Shown one piece after another: positions 28,080-38,831 of a DNA stretch of 64,000 nt. The translations under genes and the position numbers were made by a program. Positions within the stretch are counted from its first letter, which is position 1. Every line of letters begins with the position of its first letter. Under the pieces are notes generated by a model. It ran no database searches. It saw only the letters and a program-made list of their open reading frames with translations, and was not told the DNA's origin. The stretch is from Candidatus Pelagibacterales bacterium (GTDB lineage Bacteria; Pseudomonadota; Alphaproteobacteria; Pelagibacterales; AG-422-B15), in NCBI GenBank assembly GCA_045567365.1, contig JBJLDC010000015.1:20559-84558 (forward strand), given 5' to 3'.

Positions 28080-29414
28080 TTAAAATGATTCACTGGAGTA
28101 AATTTGTTTTAAATCATTATTCCATTTACTTTTATATAAATTAATTAATCTTAAGGCTGAGGTTTCTTTTTTGTGAACCATTTCGTACAAATAATCAATA
28201 TGTATTGTTTCGTTCTCACCAACGGCATTTAAATTTGATCTCGACTCAAGTCCTTTAGATGAAATTTTTAAAAATTGCTCAGCTATTTCCCATCCATTCC
28301 TATCTTTTAATTTAGCATTAAGCCCGTTCTTAAATACTGAATTTCTGAAAGAAATTATTTCCTCAAAATTCCATTCTTTTATTATCGAGATGGACTCCTC
28401 TAGACAATCTGAGCAATATAAAATTCCTGTCCAGAACGCTGGGAGAGCACAGAGAGATCTATAGCTTCCTGCATCAGCGCCCCTCATTTCAATATATGTT
28501 TTTAATCGAACTTCAGTGAATATTGTACTCAGGTGATCGGTCCAGTCATCTAAAGTAATATCTTCAGCCTTTATTTCATGAGATTTATTATTCATTAAAT
28601 CTTCAAAATTATAATCTAAACAATTTATATAATTTCCATCTCTGATAATTGAATAGACAGGAACTTTTAAAGCATAATCGACATATTCCTCAAAGGAAAA
28701 ATTTTCACCAACCATTGATCTTAAAATTCCAGTTCTGTCATTATCTGTTTTTGTCCATACATAGCCGCGATATGATTGAAAGCCATTCAGCTGTCCTTCA
28801 AGAAAAGGAGAATTAGCAAATAAACCCGTCACTATTGGTTGAAGTGCTGCTGAAACCATTATTTTTTTTTTCATATCAAGCTCTGATATATAATCAAAGT
28901 TTGCTTGAACAGTACATGACCGATGCATCATATCTAAACCAAGGCCACCTAGTTTTTTCATATATGGTCTCATGATTTCAGAATATCTTTTTTTTGGAAC
29001 ATGAGGTACGACATCTAATTTCTCTATTGGCAAGAACCCAACACCCAAAAATCCTATATTCATTTTTTCTTCTATCGATTTTACAAACTGTAGATGATTG
29101 TTTATTTCTCTACATGTCTCATGAATAGTGACTAATGGTGCGCCTGAAAGTTCAAATTGTCCACCTGGTTCGAGCGTAATACTAGCGTTCTCTTTCGTAA
29201 GTGCGATAATGTTATCGCCTTCATATTTTGGCTTCCAATCATCTTGAATAAATGACTCCAATAAAGCTGATATACTTTGCTCACCTCTATAAGGAATTAG
29301 AGAATAATCATTCTTATTAAATACAAACTTTTCATGCTCAGTACCTATTTTTTCATGACCTTTTTCAGTTATTCCATCTTCAAAATATTTGATGAGGATT
29401 TCTTTATTAAGCAT
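28080..29414 (-). CDS. gshA: Glutamate--cysteine ligase, plant/alphaproteobacterial type (GCS2)
   Basis: 444 aa. GTEHEKF and LEPGGQFELSGAP blocks and overall length typical of the type-2 GshA found in alphaproteobacteria and plants. Confidence 0.88.
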   Translation of the reverse strand: MLNKEILIKYFEDGITEKGHEKIGTEHEKFVFNKNDYSLIPYRGEQSISALLESFIQDDWKPKYEGDNIIALTKENASITLEPGGQFELSGAPLVTIHETCREINNHLQFVKSIEEKMNIGFLGVGFLPIEKLDVVPHVPKKRYSEIMRPYMKKLGGLGLDMMHRSCTVQANFDYISELDMKKKIMVSAALQPIVTGLFANSPFLEGQLNGFQSYRGYVWTKTDNDRTGILRSMVGENFSFEEYVDYALKVPVYSIIRDGNYINCLDYNFEDLMNNKSHEIKAEDITLDDWTDHLSTIFTEVRLKTYIEMRGADAGSYRSLCALPAFWTGILYCSDCLEESISIIKEWNFEEIISFRNSVFKNGLNAKLKDRNGWEIAEQFLKISSKGLESRSNLNAVGENETIHIDYLYEMVHKKETSALRLINLYKSKWNNDLKQIYSSESF

Positions 29415-30123
29415 GATTTGATAATTCTTTTATTAAAGATGAAGCAACTATACACGCCGTCTCAGATTTTAAAACACTATTACCCAATGAAATGGGAATA
29501 ATCATGTTATTTTCTTCTATCAATTTTATTTCTTTATCTGAAAAATCACCTTCAGGTCCAATTAATACCCCTTTAACAATCAAATTTTCATCAGATAATA
29601 CCTCACTAATTTTAGAAGCTGCTTCACTTATGCAACATGCTATAATGGATTCATTATTTTTTTTTATAAAATCCTCAAAGTGAATAGGAACATTTATTTG
29701 AGGTATAGAAATCTGGTTTGATTGCTCAACCGCTTCTATTGCAATTAACTTCAATCTATCAATATTGAATGTTTTAAATTGAGTTCGCTCCATAATAACT
29801 GGTTGAAATTTTGTGATACCAATTTCCGTACATTTTTGAATAATAATTTCAGTTTGAGCCCTTTTAATTGGAGAAAAAAATAAAGTTAATGGATAGTTTT
29901 TTTTAATTGATTGGGTTTTACTTAAAACAGTTCCTGATGCTTTCCTTCGACCAACAGAAGTAAGCTCTAGTATGTATTCCTCACTTTCATTAAATACACA
30001 TACATTATCTCCCACTTTAGAACGCAACACAGATGATAAATAATGCGAATGCTTAGTGTTAAAATCTATAATTTGATTTTTTTCAATTTCTTTATTTAAG
30101 TAAATTCTATTTTTGATTTTCAT
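29407..30123 (-). CDS. rsmE: 16S rRNA (uracil1498-N3)-methyltransferase
   Basis: PUA-like N-terminal domain, and LIGPEGDFSDKEI and LGNSVLKSETA motifs. The ATG at 30123 (MKIKNRIYL) is preferred over 30162. Confidence 0.85.
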   Translation of the reverse strand: MKIKNRIYLNKEIEKNQIIDFNTKHSHYLSSVLRSKVGDNVCVFNESEEYILELTSVGRRKASGTVLSKTQSIKKNYPLTLFFSPIKRAQTEIIIQKCTEIGITKFQPVIMERTQFKTFNIDRLKLIAIEAVEQSNQISIPQINVPIHFEDFIKKNNESIIACCISEAASKISEVLSDENLIVKGVLIGPEGDFSDKEIKLIEENNMIIPISLGNSVLKSETACIVASSLIKELSNHA

Positions 30124-30170
30124 ATTTGATAATAAACATTTAGTATTTATATACATTAACAAGAAAAAAT

Positions 30171-31037
30171 ATGTTCAAATATCAAAAAAATTTAATTTTA
30201 TTGATGAGGCTTGATAAGCCAATCGGTGTATATTTACTTTTTTTTCCTTGTGCTTGGGGAATTTTTGCAGCTACCGAGTCGTATGAAAATTTTAAAAAAA
30301 ATATCTTTTTAATAATAATCTTCCTTATTGGATCAATTGTCATGCGAGGAGCTGGCTGCATTATTAATGATATTTTTGATCGAGATTTGGATAAAAGTGT
30401 TTCAAGAACAAAAAATAGACCAATTGCTTCTGGTGAAATCTCCATACGTGACGCTTTTTTACTTTTTTTATTCTTATCAGGTCTAGGGCTTACAATACTC
30501 TTGTCATTAAACTTGTTATCAATTCTGATAGGGTTTATTTCTTTCCTATTACTGATTATTTACCCACTCTCTAAAAGAGTTACATACTGGCCACAGTTAA
30601 TTTTAGGAATAACTTTTAACGTTGGCGTACTAATTGGTTTTAGTTCAGCAACAGGAAATATAAATTTCACAATACTATTTTTGTATGTTGCAGGAATTTT
30701 TTGGACATTAGGATATGATACAATATATGCTGTTCAAGATATTGAGGATGATCTTAAAATTGGAATTAAATCTACAGCTCTACTTTTTGGCAAAAATGTA
30801 AAAGCTTGGGTATTTTTTTTCTATTCTTCAGTTCTTTTAATGCTTACTATTTATGGAGCTTTGTCGCATCTAAATCTCTATTATTTCTTTGGTTTGTTTT
30901 TTGTGGCTTTATTGTTATATAGACAAGTTAAGTATTTAAGTTTGGATAATCCAGAAATTTGTTTATCTCTATTTAAGAGTAATCAATACGTTGGACTTCT
31001 TATTTGTTGTGCTTTATTGACTACAATGATTAATTAA
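30171..31037 (+). CDS. ubiA: 4-hydroxybenzoate polyprenyltransferase
   Basis: 288 aa polytopic protein. NDIFDRDLD and YAVQDIEDD Asp-rich motifs of the UbiA family. Confidence 0.9.
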   Translation: MFKYQKNLILLMRLDKPIGVYLLFFPCAWGIFAATESYENFKKNIFLIIIFLIGSIVMRGAGCIINDIFDRDLDKSVSRTKNRPIASGEISIRDAFLLFLFLSGLGLTILLSLNLLSILIGFISFLLLIIYPLSKRVTYWPQLILGITFNVGVLIGFSSATGNINFTILFLYVAGIFWTLGYDTIYAVQDIEDDLKIGIKSTALLFGKNVKAWVFFFYSSVLLMLTIYGALSHLNLYYFFGLFFVALLLYRQVKYLSLDNPEICLSLFKSNQYVGLLICCALLTTMIN

Positions 31038-31046
31038 AAATTTATT

Positions 31047-32378
31047 ATGAAATTTGAATCTGTATCTCAAAATATAATAGAAAAAACAATTAAAGCCGGT
31101 GCAACAGATTGTGATGTTGTGTTAGCTAAGGGATTTTCAAAGTCAATTTCCTATCGATTGGGAAAAGTTGAAGATATTGAGGAATCAAATGGAAGTACTT
31201 TTGGGATAAGAGCCTTAATAGGAAATAAGCAGGCTTTTATATCTTCCTCTGATGATGATGAGAATAATATAGATAAACTTATCCAAAGATTAATTCAAAT
31301 GACAAAGCTTGCTCCTGAAGATGAAACTGCATGCTTAGGTGATCCCAATCTTTATGAAAAAGAAATTCAAAACTTGAATTTAGTTCAGAATAATCCAACA
31401 GACACAACAAAATTGATTGAGATGGCTAAGCAATGTGAGGAGTCAGCTTTAGAAATCAAAGGGATTACTAATTCAGAAGGCTCAGGCTCATCATTCTCGG
31501 AAAGTGAATTTTTTATTGCAAACAATAAAGGGTTTAACGGTGGATATAGATCCTCTACTAATTCAATCTCATGCTCTGTAATTGCCGGCGAAGGTCAACT
31601 TATGGAAAGAGATTACGACTACGCAGTATCAAGGCACATTGATGACTTAAGTTCACCATCTGAAGTTGGCAAGTCTTCAGCTAAAAAAGCTATTCAAAGG
31701 CTGAGTCCAAGAAAAATTGAGTCATGTAAAACACCAGTTATTTTTGATAAGAGAATAAGTGACGACCTGATAGGCTATCTAGCATCAGCTGTTTCAGGAA
31801 ATTCAATTGCTAGAGGTACAAGTTTTTTAAAAGATTCGCTTAATAAGCAAATTTTTAGCAAAGATATAAATATTATTGATGATCCTAAGATTATAAAAGG
31901 TCTAGGCTCACGTCCTTTTGATGGAGAGGGATTAAAAACTAATAAAAAAGAAATCGTTCAAAATGGAGTTCTTAAAACTTGGCTTCTCAATACTTCAACA
32001 GCTAAGAAATTAAATTTAAAATCTACTGGAAATGCTTCTCGTGGAGTAGGCTCTCCTCCTGGCATCAGCACCTCAAATTTATTTATGGCAAATGGAATTA
32101 ATTCATATGAAGATATGATAGGTTCTACCAAATCAGGTTTCTACGCTACAGAACTCATTGGAATGGGCGTTAACATAGTAACAGGTGATTACAGTATGGG
32201 TGCCTCAGGTATGTGGATTGAAAATGGTGAGATTCAATTTCCAGTGAGTGAAATCACAATAGCTTCTAATTTAAAAGATATGTTCTTAAACCTTAGTGCT
32301 GCAAACGATTTAGAGTTCAAATCTCGTTCAAATGCTCCAACTATAAGGATTGAAAATATGACTTTGGCTGGAAAATAG
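31047..32378 (+). CDS. pmbA: PmbA/TldE metalloprotease-family protein
   Basis: 443 aa. TldD/PmbA-family C-terminal blocks (GFYATELIGMGVNIVTGDYSMGASGMWIENGE). Confidence 0.85.
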   Translation: MKFESVSQNIIEKTIKAGATDCDVVLAKGFSKSISYRLGKVEDIEESNGSTFGIRALIGNKQAFISSSDDDENNIDKLIQRLIQMTKLAPEDETACLGDPNLYEKEIQNLNLVQNNPTDTTKLIEMAKQCEESALEIKGITNSEGSGSSFSESEFFIANNKGFNGGYRSSTNSISCSVIAGEGQLMERDYDYAVSRHIDDLSSPSEVGKSSAKKAIQRLSPRKIESCKTPVIFDKRISDDLIGYLASAVSGNSIARGTSFLKDSLNKQIFSKDINIIDDPKIIKGLGSRPFDGEGLKTNKKEIVQNGVLKTWLLNTSTAKKLNLKSTGNASRGVGSPPGISTSNLFMANGINSYEDMIGSTKSGFYATELIGMGVNIVTGDYSMGASGMWIENGEIQFPVSEITIASNLKDMFLNLSAANDLEFKSRSNAPTIRIENMTLAGK

Positions 32379-32442
32379 TCTTTTTTTAAGATAAAATCTT
32401 CAAGTTGCAATTTCTTTATATAAAAATAATCTCTACCCTAGC

Positions 32443-34173
32443 ATGACCGGTTATCAAATTTTAAGTAGGCTATTCAAAGATAGTGTTAAACCTTATAGCT
32501 TAAAATTATCAAGTTCATTTTTCTTTATGATAATTACTGCACTTTCAACCGGGTTGACAGCTTGGATTTTAGATCCTGCAATTAAAATGATTTTTTTAGA
32601 TAAAAATACGCAAATGTTAACAATCATTCCAATTGCAATAATAATAACACTTTTAATAAAAGGTATTTCAACATACTGGCAAACAGCTATTCTCACAGAT
32701 GTAGGACAGAGGATAATTGCAGATACGCAAATAAAAATGTTTTCTAAAATAACATATTCTGATCTTGCTTGGGTACAGAAAAACCACTCAGGCAAAATAA
32801 TATCCAACTTCTTGTATGATGTTACTCTCTTACAAGACTCAGTAAGTAATAGTTTAGCAAATGGAGTAAGAGATATTCTAACCCTTATTTGTTTAATTGC
32901 CGTTATGTACTATCAGGACTGGAGACTGGCAACAGTTTCTTTGATTGCTATACCATTAGTTGCTCTTTTATCTAAGAAGCTTGGAAAAAGAATGAAAAAA
33001 GCTTCCACAGAGGGGCAAGTTGAAACTGGAATATTGGCAACATTGCTCTCTGAAAATTTAGATGGAACAAGAGTTGTTAAGGCATACCAGCAAGAGGAAA
33101 GAGAAATTCAAAAGGTAAGCTTATCGATCTATAAAAGAATGCATTTAATTATTAAAGGAATCAAAACAAGGGCTGCTGCATCTCCCTTTTCAGAGTTCTT
33201 AGCTGGTTTTGGAATTGCGGCCGCACTGTACTATGCTGGAGTAAGAGGAATTCAAGGTGAACTAGCTTTAAATGAATTTGTATCTTTCTTAGGTGCCATG
33301 ATGCTCAGCTTTCAGCCTTTAAAACGATTATCTGCAATTAGTACTTCAATACAAGATGGTTTTGCGGCTGCAGTAAGAATATTCAATTTGATGGATCAAG
33401 AAAGTTATATCAAAGAAGCAGATAATGCTAATCAACTGGTAATAACAAATGGTAAAATCGAGTTTAAGGATGTTTCTCTTTCTTACGAAAATAATAAAAA
33501 TTTAGCAATAAGTAATATAAGTCTTATCATCGAGCCAGGAACAACAACTGCTCTAGTTGGTCCGAGTGGTGCAGGTAAATCCTCATGCCTAAATCTAATT
33601 CCAAGATTTTATGATCCATCTAACGGATCTATTGAAATTGATGAGCAAAATATAAAACATTTAACTTTAGACTCATTAAGATCTTGTATTAGTCTGGTTA
33701 GTCAAGAGCCAAAATTATTTGATGTATCTATAAAAGAAAATATAAGCTACGGAAATATTAGCGCTTCATATAATGAAATTGTAGATGCATCTAAATCAGC
33801 CGCTGCGCATGAATTTATAATGAGTTTACCTAATCAATATGAAACTATTGTTGGTGAAAAAGGATTTAGTCTTTCAGGAGGTCAAAAACAAAGAATATCT
33901 ATTGCTAGAGCATTTTTAAGAGATGCGCCAATTTTGTTGTTAGATGAAGCGACTTCAAGTTTAGATAATGAATCAGAAAATCTTATTCAAATTGCTATAA
34001 AAAAATTAATGCAAAATAGAACGACTATTGTTATAGCCCACAGACTTAGCACGATTATTGATGCGAACAAAATCGCAGTATTTGATTCTGGTAAAATTGC
34101 TGAGATTGGAACTCACCAGGAATTAATCAAAAGTAATGGTATTTATTCTAATTTATATAAAAAAGAAATCTAA
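32443..34173 (+). CDS. msbA: Lipid A export ABC transporter, fused permease/ATPase
   Basis: 576 aa. 6-TM domain, Walker A GPSGAGKSS, signature LSGGQKQR, Walker B ILLLDEATS. It sits directly upstream of the Kdo/lipid A genes. Confidence 0.88.
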   Translation: MTGYQILSRLFKDSVKPYSLKLSSSFFFMIITALSTGLTAWILDPAIKMIFLDKNTQMLTIIPIAIIITLLIKGISTYWQTAILTDVGQRIIADTQIKMFSKITYSDLAWVQKNHSGKIISNFLYDVTLLQDSVSNSLANGVRDILTLICLIAVMYYQDWRLATVSLIAIPLVALLSKKLGKRMKKASTEGQVETGILATLLSENLDGTRVVKAYQQEEREIQKVSLSIYKRMHLIIKGIKTRAAASPFSEFLAGFGIAAALYYAGVRGIQGELALNEFVSFLGAMMLSFQPLKRLSAISTSIQDGFAAAVRIFNLMDQESYIKEADNANQLVITNGKIEFKDVSLSYENNKNLAISNISLIIEPGTTTALVGPSGAGKSSCLNLIPRFYDPSNGSIEIDEQNIKHLTLDSLRSCISLVSQEPKLFDVSIKENISYGNISASYNEIVDASKSAAAHEFIMSLPNQYETIVGEKGFSLSGGQKQRISIARAFLRDAPILLLDEATSSLDNESENLIQIAIKKLMQNRTTIVIAHRLSTIIDANKIAVFDSGKIAEIGTHQELIKSNGIYSNLYKKEI

Positions 34174-34179
34174 CAAAAG

Positions 34180-34851
34180 ATGTTTAAAAATATTGTCAGC
34201 AATTTTTTTATAAAAAATATTATATCGATTCTTGGACTAGCTTATATACTAATAACTTATTATACATCAAAAATTACATTTTCAGATAAACTAAACATTG
34301 ATTCACTTTGTAAAGAAAATGAAAATTTTATTTATGCCTTCTGGCATGATCAATTATTGATGTGTCCTTTTACTTGGAAAAACAAATTTGATATATTGGT
34401 ATTAATTTCAAAACACAAAGATGGAGATATAATCTCAAAGGTAATTTCCTATCTGGGTTTCAAGACTATAAGAGGATCAACAAGTAAGCCTGGAAAAATA
34501 AAAAATAAAGGAGGATTTATTGCCGCTAAAAAAATATTATCCTCTCTAAAAAACGATATCTGTGTTGGAATTGCACCTGACGGACCTAGAGGTCCTAGGC
34601 ATGAGGTTTCAGATGGAATAATTAATATTGCAAGAATGAGTAATAAAAAAATTGTCCCAGTTGCGCTTGGTTTTAATTCAAAATGGACTTTAAATACATG
34701 GGACAAATTTATTGTTCCAAAGTTTTTTAGCAAAATAAATATTGCTTGGGGTGAGCCAATTGAAGTAGATAATGAAGACAACTCCCAATATCAAATTTTA
34801 CTTAAAAATAAACTCGATTTACTCACTAAAAATGTAAATTCTTTTCAATAG
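34180..34851 (+). CDS. DUF374-family lysophospholipid acyltransferase-like protein
   Basis: 223 aa. FWHDQLLM, SKHKDGDIIS and PDGPRGP blocks. The position upstream of waaA is typical for DUF374. Confidence 0.7.
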   Translation: MFKNIVSNFFIKNIISILGLAYILITYYTSKITFSDKLNIDSLCKENENFIYAFWHDQLLMCPFTWKNKFDILVLISKHKDGDIISKVISYLGFKTIRGSTSKPGKIKNKGGFIAAKKILSSLKNDICVGIAPDGPRGPRHEVSDGIINIARMSNKKIVPVALGFNSKWTLNTWDKFIVPKFFSKINIAWGEPIEVDNEDNSQYQILLKNKLDLLTKNVNSFQ

Positions 34852-34863
34852 TATGATTAAAAG

Positions 34864-36105
34864 ATGATATTTTTTTACAAACTTGTAACAATTTTATTTT
34901 ATCCATTTATCCCAATTTATTTAAAAATTAGAATTTCGAATAATAAAGAGGATAAGGAAAGAATTTCAGAGAGATATGGAATTGCGAGCAGTATAAAGAA
35001 GAGTGATAAGCTAATATGGTTTCATGCAGCGAGCATTGGTGAAAGTTTATCAGTAATTTCTCTAATCAGAGAAATACAAAAAAAAAATAATTCACAAATT
35101 CTTGTGACATCTGGTACAAAATCATCATCAAAATTAATATTTCAAAAATTAAATAAAAGTATCACTCATCAATTTTTACCACTAGATAATCCAATTTTCG
35201 TTGAACGTTTTTTATCTTATTGGAAACCGAATATTGGAATATTTGTTGAGTCTGAGATATGGCCTAATTTAATTTTGAAATCTAAAGATAAAAAGATAAA
35301 GCTAATAATCATAAACGGGAGAATGACACCAAAAACATATAAAAGATGGTCAATTTTTCCCAGTGCAAGTAAAAAAATATTTTCTTGTTTTGATCACTGT
35401 CTTACTCAGAACAATGATAGTATGATATTTTACAAAAAACTTGGTATTAAAAAAGTTCAATATTCTGGAAATCTAAAATTTACTTCAACTCCAGCAAAAA
35501 TTGATTCATTTGCGAAAAAGAAAATTGAAAAACTTCTTGAAAATAGAAAAGTACTTGTTGCTGCTAGTACTCATCCTGGAGAAGAAGACATTATAGCAGA
35601 TATAACAAATGAAATCAGATCCGTTCGAAAAAATTTTATCTCAATAATTATTCCTAGGCATCCAGATAGAAAATCTTTTATTAAAAACCAAGCTTTAGAA
35701 AGTGTTGTTTTGAGATCTAAATCAAAAAGAATAAGAAAAAATACATCTATATATATTGCAGATACTTTGGGAGAATTAGAACTGTTTTATAGTGTTGCTG
35801 ATTTTATTTTTATTGGTGGTAGTTTTGTAAATCATGGTGGTCAAAATCCGATTGAAGCCTCATACTATGGTAAATTAATTCATCATGGAAAATTTGTACA
35901 AAACTTTACTGATGTATATTCAACACTTAGAAAAATGCACATAACTAATCTTATTGATACGCCTAAGGAATTGGTCCGTCATATTCAAAAAAACTACGAT
36001 AAACCAAAAAAATCATCAAAAAAAGATAGGCTGTACCAACTAAAATTAGAGTCTCAGAGTACCCTGAAAAAAAATATGAGTTTATTAAATAAACATTTAC
36101 CTTAA
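34864..36105 (+). CDS. waaA: 3-deoxy-D-manno-octulosonic acid (Kdo) transferase
   Basis: 413 aa. WFHAASIGES and GGSFVNHGGQNPIEA blocks. Confidence 0.9.
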   Translation: MIFFYKLVTILFYPFIPIYLKIRISNNKEDKERISERYGIASSIKKSDKLIWFHAASIGESLSVISLIREIQKKNNSQILVTSGTKSSSKLIFQKLNKSITHQFLPLDNPIFVERFLSYWKPNIGIFVESEIWPNLILKSKDKKIKLIIINGRMTPKTYKRWSIFPSASKKIFSCFDHCLTQNNDSMIFYKKLGIKKVQYSGNLKFTSTPAKIDSFAKKKIEKLLENRKVLVAASTHPGEEDIIADITNEIRSVRKNFISIIIPRHPDRKSFIKNQALESVVLRSKSKRIRKNTSIYIADTLGELELFYSVADFIFIGGSFVNHGGQNPIEASYYGKLIHHGKFVQNFTDVYSTLRKMHITNLIDTPKELVRHIQKNYDKPKKSSKKDRLYQLKLESQSTLKKNMSLLNKHLP

Positions 36106-36116
36106 AGTAAATTTTT

Positions 36117-37112
36117 ATGGGTTTAGATCAGAAAATTACTCAATACATTTGGTATAGTAAAAGTAAATTTAGTTATTTTGTTGCATGTATTTTTTTTCCA
36201 TTATCAATTATTTATTATCTATTATTTTTACTTAAAAAAATTCAGAGTAATGAAAAATCATTTCAAAAAAAAATTGTATGTATTGGAAATTGTTCTGTAG
36301 GTGGCGATGGAAAAACATCAACAGTGCTATCCCTGATAAACCTTTATAAATCAAGAAATATTAAGGTCGCTGTTCTCTTAAAAGGATATAAGGGAAAAAT
36401 AAAAGTGCCCACACAAGTAAATATGACAAGTCATTCTGCAGTCGATGTTGGAGATGAGGCTTTGCTATATGTTGAGCATGCCAGCACCTTTGTAAGTAAC
36501 GATCGATTAAAAGGAATTAATTTCATAATTGCTAAATTTTCTCCAGATATAATTTTAATAGATGATGGATTACAAGACTTCAGAATAAAAAAAGATAAAA
36601 GTATTTTGGTTATTAATGGAAAGAGAGGTTTTGGTAATGGATTTTTACTTCCAGTAGGCCCATTGAGACAATCGCCATCTTCCGCTATGAAGCTTGCAGA
36701 CATAATTATCATTATTGGAAATGACAAAAGTAAATATTTAGATACTTATAAAAGTAAATTTAAAAATAAATTATTCTTAAAGGCTGAAATTACTTGTAAG
36801 AAAAATCAAATAGATAAAAATTATTTTGCATTTAGTGGTATTGGAAATAATCCTAGCTTTATAAATACACTTAATACAAATAATTATAATTTAACCAAGA
36901 TAAAATCATTTCCAGATCATTATTACTACACAGATAATGACATTAAAAATATGAAAAAATATGCTACAGATAATGATTTAGAAATTATTACAACAGAAAA
37001 AGACTGGAAAAGATTAAATACAAAACAAAGATTAGGTATTAATTTTTTACAAATATCATTAGAATTTTCTAATAAAGAAGCTCTAAGTCAAATTCTAATG
37101 CAAAATGATTAA
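36117..37112 (+). CDS. lpxK: Tetraacyldisaccharide 4'-kinase
   Basis: 331 aa. N-terminal TM segment, P-loop GNCSVGGDGKTS, DDGLQD, and PVGPLRQ. Confidence 0.9.
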   Translation: MGLDQKITQYIWYSKSKFSYFVACIFFPLSIIYYLLFLLKKIQSNEKSFQKKIVCIGNCSVGGDGKTSTVLSLINLYKSRNIKVAVLLKGYKGKIKVPTQVNMTSHSAVDVGDEALLYVEHASTFVSNDRLKGINFIIAKFSPDIILIDDGLQDFRIKKDKSILVINGKRGFGNGFLLPVGPLRQSPSSAMKLADIIIIIGNDKSKYLDTYKSKFKNKLFLKAEITCKKNQIDKNYFAFSGIGNNPSFINTLNTNNYNLTKIKSFPDHYYYTDNDIKNMKKYATDNDLEIITTEKDWKRLNTKQRLGINFLQISLEFSNKEALSQILMQND

Positions 37113-37965
37113 ATATATAAAATATCCATTAGAGTTTTGTATTTTCATTATTTTCTTCTTCTTCTTTTTTGTTCTACCACTAAATATTTCGAGAAAACTT
37201 GGAGTTTTTCTTGCATTAAGGCTTGGGCAGATGACAAATGCAAATAAAATTATAAATAAAAATCTAAAGATTGCATTTCCAAACAAGAGTAATGAATGGA
37301 TCGCCCAAACTAATAAAGGTGTATGGACTAATTTTGGCAAGGTATTAGCAGAATACGCACAATTAAATAAGATAGCAAAAAATAATATTATAAAAATAAT
37401 TGAGAATAATTATTCAAAATCTTTTTTTGAAAGAAGTGAAAATAAAATTTTAATTTCTGCTCACAATGCAAACTGGGAGATACCTGGTATTGCCTGTAGA
37501 ATAAAATCAAATAAAATCTCTGGGATTGTAAGAGAACCCAACAACCCATTTATTCGCTTCATTCTTTCTTATCTAAGAAATAAATATAGTGTTAGATGTT
37601 ACCAAAAAAATCTTATCGGAACAAAAAAACTAATGAGGGATTTTAAAAATGGTTTCTCATTAGCGCTATTAGCTGATCAAAAACTATCTTCAGGCATAGA
37701 AATAAAATTTTTTGGTAAAAATGTATATGCTACAGCACTACCTGCTCAATTAGCATTAAAATCTAAAAGTGATATATATTTAGCTTGGCCGAAAAGACAA
37801 GGTAACAATTTTGAATTTAAGTTTTGCGAATTAATTGAGTCTTCAAAATTACAAGATAATGAGGATAATAAAATTAAAATTATTGAAAAAATAAATTCCT
37901 TTTTTGAAAAAAAGATATCAGAGAATCCTTCAGAGTATTTTTGGCATCATAATCGCTGGGGATAA
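37105..37965 (+). CDS. Lipid A biosynthesis late (lauroyl/myristoyl-type) acyltransferase, HtrB/LpxL family
   Basis: 286 aa. SAHNANWEI (H-x4-E/D region) and LADQK blocks. The start overlaps lpxK by 8 nt. Confidence 0.8.
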   Translation: MIKYIKYPLEFCIFIIFFFFFFVLPLNISRKLGVFLALRLGQMTNANKIINKNLKIAFPNKSNEWIAQTNKGVWTNFGKVLAEYAQLNKIAKNNIIKIIENNYSKSFFERSENKILISAHNANWEIPGIACRIKSNKISGIVREPNNPFIRFILSYLRNKYSVRCYQKNLIGTKKLMRDFKNGFSLALLADQKLSSGIEIKFFGKNVYATALPAQLALKSKSDIYLAWPKRQGNNFEFKFCELIESSKLQDNEDNKIKIIEKINSFFEKKISENPSEYFWHHNRWG

Positions 37966-37994
37966 TATTTAGCTAAAAAATATTTTATCCAAAA

Positions 37995-38831
37995 CTAGTT
38001 ATACTTTTTAAGTAATAACTGAGGGTCAATGTAAGTATCAAATACCATAATACCCCAATGTAGGTGTGGCCCTGTAGATCTACCAGTAGATCCAACAGTT
38101 CCGATAACTTCATTTCTTTTTACAATATTATTTAATTTTACATCTACAGTAGCTAAATGCGCATATATACTTTTCACTCCATAGCCATGATCAATAACAA
38201 TAGTACCTCCAGTATAATAGAGATCAGGCTCTGCAAGAACTACTAAGCCGTCATTTGTGGATACAACTGCTGTTCCCTCATCATTTGCAATATCCAATCC
38301 TCTATGAGGACTTTTTGCTTTCCCATTTAATATTCTCTGACTTCCAAAAACTCCTGTAACAATGCCTTCAACTGGCTGAACAAAACTATTTATAAAATGC
38401 TCATCATCAATCATAATTTTTTTAGATCTTTTTATAATCTTATTTTCAGCAATAATTCGTTCTAAAACTTTTTCATCAGGAGTTACAAGCTTAGAAGGTA
38501 AACCATTTATTTCCTGAATATCAAAATTTCTTTTCAAAACAATTATTTCAGTACTCTCACATTGATCCATACATATTTCCAATAGAACATTATTTTTTCT
38601 ATCTCTATCAATTGGAATTACAAAATAACCATTTTTACTTACTTTAAGGGGAACTTTATCTTTAAAGATTTTTACTTTACTCTGATCAGTGTATCCATTT
38701 ATTTGGCTAATAATTAACTCTCCTTGTAAAACTTTTTGTGGCAAATCGTATCGATTTTGAGCATTGACAATTCCATATAATAAGAAATAAAAAATTAAAA
38801 ATTTTATGATAAAAAAAAAATTAAATTTCAT
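37995..38831 (-). CDS. M23-family metallopeptidase
   Basis: 278 aa. Signal/TM N-terminus, HRGLDIA and GSTGRSTGPHLHWG zinc motifs. Confidence 0.88.
   Translation of the reverse strand: MKFNFFFIIKFLIFYFLLYGIVNAQNRYDLPQKVLQGELIISQINGYTDQSKVKIFKDKVPLKVSKNGYFVIPIDRDRKNNVLLEICMDQCESTEIIVLKRNFDIQEINGLPSKLVTPDEKVLERIIAENKIIKRSKKIMIDDEHFINSFVQPVEGIVTGVFGSQRILNGKAKSPHRGLDIANDEGTAVVSTNDGLVVLAEPDLYYTGGTIVIDHGYGVKSIYAHLATVDVKLNNIVKRNEVIGTVGSTGRSTGPHLHWGIMVFDTYIDPQLLLKKYN

Noticed and set aside
37951-37994. An AT-rich imperfect inverted repeat (GGATAATATTT...AAATATTTTATCC) in the 29-bp convergent gap between the late acyltransferase and the M23 peptidase genes, a possible bidirectional terminator.
   Set aside because: The stem is almost entirely A-T with mismatches and has no GC core. 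It is too weak to call from sequence alone.
38811-38820. An A10 homopolymer (T10 on the coding strand) at the 5' end of the M23 peptidase gene, a possible slipped-strand phase-variation tract.
   Set aside because: It encodes the FFF of a hydrophobic signal segment in frame. Homopolymers of this length are common in DNA this AT-rich, and there is no evidence of variation from a single sequence.
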